Of a stretch of DNA of 64,000 nucleotides, positions 55,001-64,000 are shown one piece after another. The stretch's first letter is position 1. Each line of letters starts with the position of its first letter. The notes below the pieces were generated by a model. It was not told the origin of the DNA. It did not search any database and was given only the letters and a program-made list of their open reading frames with translations. This DNA is from Haliotis rufescens. Lineage: Eukaryota. Both the position numbers and the translations under genes were made by a program. Location: contig NW_025963891.1 in assembly GCF_023055435.1 (NCBI RefSeq), positions 18,848,001-18,912,000 of the forward strand, read 5' to 3'.

Positions 55001-58000
55001 ACTGTGAAGGGAGACCGAGTGCGAGTCGGAAGGGTATTGGTATGACTTACTGGCCAGAATAATAACGAGCGTCGTCAATAAAAGGTAGGAACGGGTTGGG
55101 AAGCGTTCTGGAACTAACGGATTCGGCCGCCAAGCCAAAATCGCTGACGTCAACAAAGGAGCTACGTCACGGCCTTGTGTGTCCCCCCAAAACTCTTGAC
55201 ATCATAGAACGATTACGTCAACAATCAGCTGACGTCAGAGACTATCACATCGTCAATAGCGTAGACGGCTGGAGGGCCTGTTGCTTTCGGGGGCAGCTTT
55301 TGATACTGCAAAGACAAGCACTGATTAGATGAGGACTGGTGTTCAGCGCAGGTAAGCCGCTGCTTTTATTCTTTGAAAAGAAAAAGACTTTAATGTCCAA
55401 TCTAAGAAAGGGCAACACACCACAATGTGACTTTGTGCACAAGGGAATGGAGGACTGTAGTATTTCAAGTGATGAATCGAGTTTGTATCTGCGTTAGTTT
55501 TGTCATCTGAATGTTTGCAGAGTCGGAAACGATGTTGTAGTTGGACTGAAGGGGACGTTACGCTGAGTAGTGTGTACAAACATGCAAGTCCCTGGGAGTA
55601 TTTTTTATTCTCTTTGGATAAGTTAGTCTCGTGAATGTGTTACGCACGCTCGTGTGCTCACTACGCGACGGCATATAGAATGACTGTTTTCTTAAATTTT
55701 GTAATGGTAAGTGATTATACCGTCCCAGACCATTGGATTGTGTTTGCATGGAGGCGATTGTATATTGTGAATTTTGCAGAACTGAGACACATGTATAGAC
55801 CGAAAGTTACCCAGAGACTTCTCTTTACATTTGTGTCGCCGTCAGGGAATTAATTTGACAGTGTCGCAGAGTTTCGCCATCTTCCGTACCTGCCATGTGC
55901 AAATGGATGGACACTTCTTAATGTTTTCTGTGTTTAAAAAAGGAAACAGATAGAGCCAGATGTAAATAAATCCGCTGAATCTAATGGGCCGAGTAGAATT
56001 AGTTTTGTACACTTTCAGGGTATAATCACCTGGCAGTCTCACAAAGTCTTATTTTAGGCGTATTTTTTCCTTTAAAAAATGTAGATGTCATACTCATAAC
56101 AACGTGCTTCGGGAGCTTCATCTCTATTACAAGGGGTTGACTGGAAGTGTGTATTGTAGCTTGCCTCTTCTTTCATTGCCTCTGTACAAAACACTGTGAA
56201 GGGAGACCGAGTGCGAGTCGGAAGGGTATTGGTATGACTTAATGGCCAGAATAATAACGAGCGTCGCCAATAAAAGGTAGGAACGGGTTGGGAAGCGTTC
56301 TGGAACTAACGGATTCGGCCGCCAAGCCCAAATCGCTGACGTCAACAATGGAGCTACGTCACGGCCTTGTGTGTCCCCCAAAACTCTTGACATCATAGAA
56401 CGATTACGTCAACAATCAGCTGACGTAAGAGACTATCACATCGTCAATAGCGTAGACGGCTGGAGGGCCTGTTGCTTTGGGGGGCAGCTTTTGATACTGC
56501 AAAGACAAGCACTGATTAGATGAGGACTGGTGTTCAGCGCAGGTAAGCCGCTGCTTTTTTTCTTTGATAAGAAAAAGACTTTAATGTCCAATCTAAGAAA
56601 GGGCAACACACCACAATGTGACTTTGTGCACAAGGGAATGGAGGACTGTAGTATTTCAAGTGATGAATCGAGTTTGTATCTGCGTTAGTTTTGTCATCTG
56701 AATGTTTGCAGAGTCGGAAACGATGTTGTAGTTGGACTATGCAAGTCCCTGGGAGTATTTTTTATTCTCTTTGGATAAGTTAGTCTCGTGAATGTGTTAC
56801 GCACGCTCGTGTGCTCACTACGCGACGGCATATAGAATGACTGTTTTCTTAAATTTTGTAATGGTAATTGATTATACCGTCCCAGACCATTGGATTGTGT
56901 TTGCATGGAGGCGATTGTTTATTATGAATTTTGCAGAACTGAGACACATGTATAGACCGAAAGTTGCCCAGAGACTTCTCTTTACATTTGAGTCGCCGTC
57001 AGGGAATTAATTTGACAGTGTCGCAGAGTTTCGTCATCTTCCGTACCTGCTATGTGCAAATGGATGGACACTTCCTAATGTTTTCTGTGTTTAAAAAAGG
57101 AAGCAGATAGAGCCAGATGTAAATAAATCCGCTGAATCTAATGGGCCGAGTAGAATTAGTTTTGTACACTTTCAGGGTATAATCACCTGGCAGTCTCACA
57201 AAGTCTTATTTTAGGCGTATTTCTTCCTCTAAAAAATGTAGATGTCATACTCATAACAACGTGCTTCCGGAGCTTCATCTCTATTACAAGGGTTGACTGG
57301 AAGTGTGTATTGTAGCTTGCCTCTTCTTTCATTGCCTCTGTACAAAACACTGTGAAGGGACACCGAGTGCGAGTCGGAAAGGGTATTGGTATGACTTACT
57401 GGCCAGAATAATAACGAGCGTCGCCAATAAAAGGTAGGAACGGGTTGGGAAGCGTTCTGGAACTAACGGATTCGGCCGCCAAGCCAAAATCGCTGACGTC
57501 AACAATGGAGCTACGTCACGGCCTTGTGTGTCCCCCAAAACTCTTGACATCATAGAACGATTACGTCAACAATCAGCTGACGTCAGAGACTATCACATCG
57601 TCAATAGCGTAGACGGCTGGAGGGCCTGTTGCTTTGGGGGGCAGCTTTTGATACTGCAAAGACAAGCACTGATTAGATGAGGACTGGTGTTCAGCGCAGG
57701 TAAGCCGCTGCTTTTATTCTTTGATAAGAAAAAGACTTTAATGTCCAATCTAAGAAAGGGCAACACACCACAATGTGACTTTGTGCACAAGGGAATGGAG
57801 GACTTTGGTAATTGAGGTGATGAATCGAGTTTGTATCTGCGTTAGTTTTGTCATCTGAATGTTTGCAGAATCGGAAACGATGTTGTAGTTAGACTGAAGG
57901 GGACGTTACGCTGAGTAGTGTGTACAAACATGCAAGTGCTGGGGAGTATTTTTTATTCTCTTTGGATAAGTTAGTCTCGTGAATGTGTTACGCACGCTCG

Positions 58001-61000
58001 TGTGCTCACAACGCGACGGCATATAGAATGACTGTTTTCTTAAATTTTGTAATGGTAAGTGATTATACTGTCCCAGACCATTGGATTGTGTTTGTATGGA
58101 GGCGATTGTAAATTGTGAATTTTGCAGAACTGAGACACATGTATAGACCGAAAGTTACCCAGAGACTTCTCTTTACATTTGAGTCGCCGTCAGGGAATTA
58201 ATTTGACAGTGTCGCAGAGTTTCGCCATCTTCCGTACCTGCCATGTGCAAATGGATGGACACTTCCTAATGTTTTCTGTGTTTAAAAAAGGAAACAGATA
58301 GAGCCAGATGTTAATAAATCCGCTGAATCTAATGGGCCGAGTAGAATTAGTTTTGTACACTTTCAGGGTATAATCACCTGGCAGTCTCACAAAGTCTTAT
58401 TTTAGGCGTATTTCTTCCTCTAAAAAATGTAGATGTCATACTCATAACAACGTGCTTCCGGAGCTTCATCTCTATTACAAGGGTTGACTGGAAGTGTGTA
58501 TTGTAGCTTGCCTCTTCTTTCATTGCCTCTGTACAAAACACTGTGAAGGGAGACCGAGTGCGAGTCGGAAGGGTATTGGTATGACTTACTGGCCAGAATG
58601 ATAACGAGCGTCGCCAATAAAAGGTAGGAACGGGTTGGGAAGCGTTCTGGAACTAACGGATTCGGCCGCCAAGCCCAAATCGCTGACGTCAACAATGGAG
58701 CTACGTCACGGCCTTGTGTGTCCCCCCAAAACTCTTGACATCATAGAACGATTACGTCAACAATCAGCTGACGTCAGAGACTATCACATCGTCAATAGCG
58801 TAGACGGCTGGAGGGCCTGTTGCTTTCGGGGGCAGCTTTTGATACTGCAAAGACAAGCACTGATTAGATGAGGACTGGTGTTCAGCGCAGGTAAGCCGCT
58901 GCTTTTATTCTTTGAAAAGAAAAAGACTTTAATGTCCAATCTAAGAAAGGGCAACACACCACAATGTGACTTTGTGCACAAGGGAATGGAGGACTGTAGT
59001 ATTTCAAGTGATGAATCGAGTTTGTATCTGCGTTAGTTTTGTCATCTGAATGTTTGCAGAGTCGGAAACGATGTTGTAGTTGGACTGAAGGGGACGTTAC
59101 GCTGAGTAGTGTGTACAAACATGCAAGTCCCTGGGAGTATTTTTTATTCTCTTTGGATAAGTTAGTCTCGTGAATGTGTTACGCACGCTCGTGTGCTCAC
59201 TACGCGACGGCATATAGAATGACTGTTTTCTTAAATTTTGTAATGGTAAGTGATTATACCGTCCCAGACCATTGGATTGTGTTTGCATGGAGGCGATTGT
59301 ATATTGTGAATTTTGCAGAACTGAGACACATGTATAGACCGAAAGTTACCCAGAGACTTCTCTTTACATTTGTGTCGCCGTCAGGGAATTAATTTGACAG
59401 TGTCGCAGAGTTTCACCATCTTCCGTACCTGCCATGTGCAAATGGATGGACACTTCTTAATGTTTTCTGTGTTTAAAAAAGGAAACAGATAGAGCCAGAT
59501 GTAAATAAATCCGCTGAATCTAATGGGCCGAGTAGAATTAGTTTTGTACACTTTCAGGGTATAATCACCTGGCAGTCTCACAAAGTCTTATTTTAGGCGT
59601 ATTTTTTACTTTAAAATGTAGATGTCATACTCATAACAACGTGCTTCGGGAGCTTCATATCTATTACAAGGGGTTGACTGGAAGTGTGTATTGTAGCTTG
59701 CCTCTTCTTTCAATGCCTCTGTACAAAACACTGTGAAGGGAGACCGAGTGCGAGTCGGAAGGGTATTGGTATGACTTACTGGCCAGAATAATAACGAGCG
59801 TCGTCAATAAAAGGTAGGAACGGGTTTGGAAGCGTTATGGAACTAACGGATTCGGCCGCCAAGCCCAAATCGCTGACGTCAACAATGGAGCTACGTCACG
59901 GCCTTGTGTGTCCCCCAAAACTCTTGACATCATAGAACGATTACGTCAACAATCAGCTGACGTCAGAGACTATCACATCGTCAATAGCGTAGACGGCTGG
60001 AGGGCCTGTTGCTTTGGGGGGCAGCTTTTGATACTGCAAAGATAAGCACTGATTAGATGAGGACCGGTGTTCAGCGCAGGTAAGCCGCTGCTTTTATTCT
60101 TTGAAAAGAAAAAGACTTTAATGTCCAATGTAAGAAAGGGCAACACACCACAATGTGACTTTGTGCACAAGGGAATGGAGGACTGTAGTATTTCAAGTGA
60201 TGAATCGAGTTTGTATCTGCGTTAGTTTTGTCATCTGAATGTTTGCAGAGTCGGAAACGATGTTGTAGTTGGACTGAAGGGGACGTTACGCTGAGTAGTG
60301 TGTACAAACATGCAAGTGCTGGGGAGTATTTTTTATTCTCTTTGGATAAGTTAGTCTCGTGAATGTGTTACGCACGCTCGTGTGCTCACTACGCGACGGC
60401 ATATAGAATGACTGTTTTCTTAAATTTTGTAATGGTAACTGATTATACCGTCCCAGACCACTGGATTGTGTTTGCATGGAGGCGATTGTATATTGTGAAT
60501 TTTGCAGAACTGAGACACATGTATAGACCGAAAGTTGCCCAGAGACTTCTCTTTACATTTGAGTCGCCGTCAGGGAATTAATTTGACAGTGTCGCAGAGT
60601 TTCGCCATCTTCCGTACCTGCTATGTGCAAATGGATGGACACCTTCTAATGTTTTCTGTGTTTAAAAAAGGAAGCAGATAGAGCCAGATGTAAATAAATC
60701 CGCTGAATCTAATGGGCCGAGTAGAATTAGTTTTGTACACTTTCAGGGTATAATCACCTGGCAGTCTCACAAAGTCTTATTTTAGGCGTATTTTTTCCTT
60801 TAAAAAATGTAGATGTCATACTCATAACAACGTGCTTCGGGAGCTTCATCTCTATTACAAGGGGTTGACTGGAACTGTGTATTGTAGCTTGCCTCTTCTT
60901 TCATTGCCTCTGTACAAAACACTGTGAAGGGAGACCGAGTGCGAGTCGGAGGGGTATTGGTATGACCTACTGGCCAGAATAATAACGAGCGTCGCCAAAA

Positions 61001-64000
61001 AAAGGTAGGAACGGGTTGGGAAGCGTTCTGGAACTAACGGATTCGGCCGCCAAGCCCAAATCGCTGACGTCAACAATGGAGCTACGTCACGGCCTTGTGT
61101 GTCCCCCAAAACTCTTGACATCATAGAACGATTACGTCAACAATCAGCTGACGTCAGAGACTATCACATCGTCAATAGCGTAGACGGCTGGAGGGCCTGT
61201 TGCTTTAGGGGGCAGCTTTTGATACTGCAAAGACAAGCACTGATTAGATGAGGACTGGTGTTCAGCGCAGGTAAGCCGCTGCTTTTTTTCTTTGATAAGA
61301 AAAAGACTTTAATGTCCAATCTAAGAAAGGGCAACACACCACAATGTGACTTTGTGCACAAGGGAATGGAGGACTGTAGTATTTCAAATGATGAATCGAG
61401 TTTGTATCTGCGTTAGTTTTGTCATCTGAATGTTTGCAGAGTCGGAAACGATGTTGTAGTTGGACTGAAGGGGACGTTACGCTGAGTAGTGTGTACAAAC
61501 ATGCAAGTGCTGGGGAGTATTTTTTATTCTCTTTGGATAAGTTAGTCTCGTGAATGTGTTACGCACGCTCGTGTGCTCACTACGCGACGGCATATAGAAT
61601 GACTGTTTTCTTAAATTTTGTAATGGTAAGTGATTATACCGTCCCAGACCATTGGATTGTGTTTGCATGGAGGCGATTGTATATTGTGAATTTTGCAGAA
61701 CTGAGACACATGTATAGACCGAAAGTTGCCCAGAGACTTCTCTTTTCATTTGAGTCGCCGTCAGGGAATTAATTTGACAGTGTCGCAGAGTTTCGCCATC
61801 TTCCGTACCTGCCATGTGCAAATGGATGGACACTTCTTAATGTTTTCTGTGTTTAAAAAAGGAAACAGATAGAGCCAGATGTTAATAAATCCGCTGAATC
61901 TAATGGGCCGAGTAGAATTAGTTTTGTACACTTTCAGGGTATAATCACCTGGCAGTCTCACAAAGTCTTATTTTAGGCGTATTTCTTCCTCTAAAAAATG
62001 TAGATGTCATACTCATAACAACGTGCTTCCGGAGCTTCATCTCTATTACAAGGGGTTGACTGGAGGTGTGTATTGTAGCTTGCCTCTTCTTTCATTGCCT
62101 CTGTACAAAACACTGTGAAGGGAGACCGAGTGAGACTCGGAAGGGTATTGGTATGACTTACTGGCCAGAATAATAACGAGCGTCGTCAATAAAAGGTAGG
62201 AACGAGTTGGGAAGCGTTCTGGAACTAACGGATTCGGCCGCCAAGCCCAAATCGCTGACGTCAACAATGGAGCTACGTCACGGCCTTTTGTGTCCCCCAA
62301 AACTCTTGACATCATAGAACGATTACGTCAACAATCAGCTGACGTCAGAGACTATCACATCGTCAATAGCGTAGGCGGCTGGAGGGCCTGTTGCTTTCGG
62401 GGGCAGCTTTTGATACTGCAAAGACAAGCACTGATTAGATGAGGACTGGTGTTCAGCGCAGGTAAGCCGCTGCTTTTATTCTTTGAAAAGAAAAAGACTT
62501 TAATGTCCAATCTAAGAAAGGGCAACACACCACAATGTGACTTTGTGCACAAGGGAATGGAGGACTGTAGTATTTCAAGTGATGAATCGAGTTTCCATCT
62601 GCGTTAGTTTTGTCATCTGAATGTTTGCAGAATCGGAAACGATGTTGTAGTTAGACTGAAGGGGACGTTACGCTGAGTAGTGTGTACAAACATGCAAGTG
62701 CTGGGGAGTATTTTTTATTCTCTTTGGATAAGTTAGTCTCGTGAATGTGTTACGCACGCTCGTGTGCTCACTACGCGACGGCATATAGAATGACTGTTTT
62801 CTTAAATTTTGTAATGGTAAGTGATTATACCGTCCCAGACAATTGGATTGTGTTTGCATGGAGGCGATTGTATATTGTGAATTTTGCAGAACTGAGACAC
62901 ATGTATAGACCGAGAGTTGCCCAGAGACTTCTCTTTACATTTGAGTCGCCGTCAGGGAATTAATTTGACAGTGTCGCAGAGTTTTGGCCATCTTCCGTAC
63001 CCGCTATGTGCAAATGGATGGACACTTCCTAATGTTTTCTGTGTTTAAAAACGGAAGCAGATAGAGCCAGATGTAAATAAATCCGCTGAATCTAATGGGC
63101 CGAGTAGAATTAGTTTTGTACACTTTCAGGGTATAATCACCTGGCAGTCTCACAAAGTCTTATATTAGGCGTATTTTTTCCTTTAAAAAATGTAGATGTC
63201 ATACTCCTAACAACGTGCTTCGGGAGCTTCATCTCTATTACAAGGGGTTGACTGGAACTGTGTATTGTAGCTTGCCTCTTCTTTCATTGCCTCTGTACAA
63301 AACACTGTGAAGGGAGACCGAGAGCGAGTCGGAAAGGCTATTGGTATGACTTACTGGCCAGAATAATAACGAGCGTCGCCAATAAAAGGTAGGAACGGGT
63401 TGGGAAGCGTTCTGGAACTAACGGATTCGGCCGCCAAGCCCAAATCGCTGACGTCAACAAAGGAGCTACGTCACGGCCTTTTGTGTCCCCCAAAACTCTT
63501 GACATCATAGAACGATTACGTCAACAATCAGCTGACGTCAGAGACTATCACATCGTCAATAGCGTAGACGGCTGGAGGGCCTGTTGCTTTGGGGGGCAGC
63601 TTTTGATACTGCAAAGACAAGCACTGATTAGATGAGGACTGGTGTTCAGCGCAGGTAAGCCGCTGCTTTTATTCTTTGATAAGAAAAAGACTTTAATGTC
63701 CAATCTGAGAAAGGGCAACACACCACAATGTGACTTTGTGCACAAGGGAATGGAGGACTGTAGTATTTCAAATGATGAATCGAGTTTCCATCTGCGTTAG
63801 TTTTGTCATCTGAATGTTTGCAGAGTCGGAAACGATGTTGTAGTTGGACTGAAGGGGACGTTACGCTGAGTAGTGTGTACAAACATGCAAGTGCTGGGGA
63901 GTATTTTTTATTCTCTTTGGATAAGTTAGTCTCGTGAATGTGTTACGCACGCTCGTGTGCTCACTACGCGACGGCATATAGAATGACTGTTTTCTTAAAT
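52057..64000. repeat. Large tandem array (macrosatellite), ~1190-bp unit, about 10.5 units, continues off the right edge
   Basis: Unit starts (GTCGGAAGGGTATTGG) at about 52057, 53250, 55025, 56217, 57373, 58564, 59754, 60945, 62136 and 63328, with one truncated unit at ~54352-55024. Copies differ only by scattered SNPs and small indels. Confidence 0.98.

Noticed and set aside
52128-63882. Recurrent 60-90 aa ORFs in the array
   Set aside because: Short, no recognisable domain, and frames are broken by indels among units.

Overview
Eukaryotic genomic DNA with GT-AG introns and dense SINE/MITE content. The repeat families and the single-intron actin look molluscan, probably abalone-like gastropod (inference only). 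Five protein-coding genes were assembled by hand with phase-consistent splice junctions. (1) A minus-strand conserved uncharacterised invertebrate gene with 8 coding exons at 3222-13212, running off the left edge, whose introns hold three tandem arrays. (2) A divergent two-exon actin. (3) An intronless TRAPPC4. (4) RPS2, head-to-head with TRAPPC4. (5) A five-exon secreted protein with a papain-fold (C10/C39-like) domain whose expected catalytic Cys is Asp. A canonical-looking box C/D snoRNA lies about 1.1 kb past the RPS2 stop. Three tRNA-derived SINE families are present, along with an abundant non-tRNA retroelement family with a precise, pseudoknot-capable 5' head and several MITEs. The last 12 kb is a homogeneous ~1.19-kb tandem array, each full unit carrying a CRE cluster and a splice donor. 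Most entries in the ORF track are artefacts of repeats.
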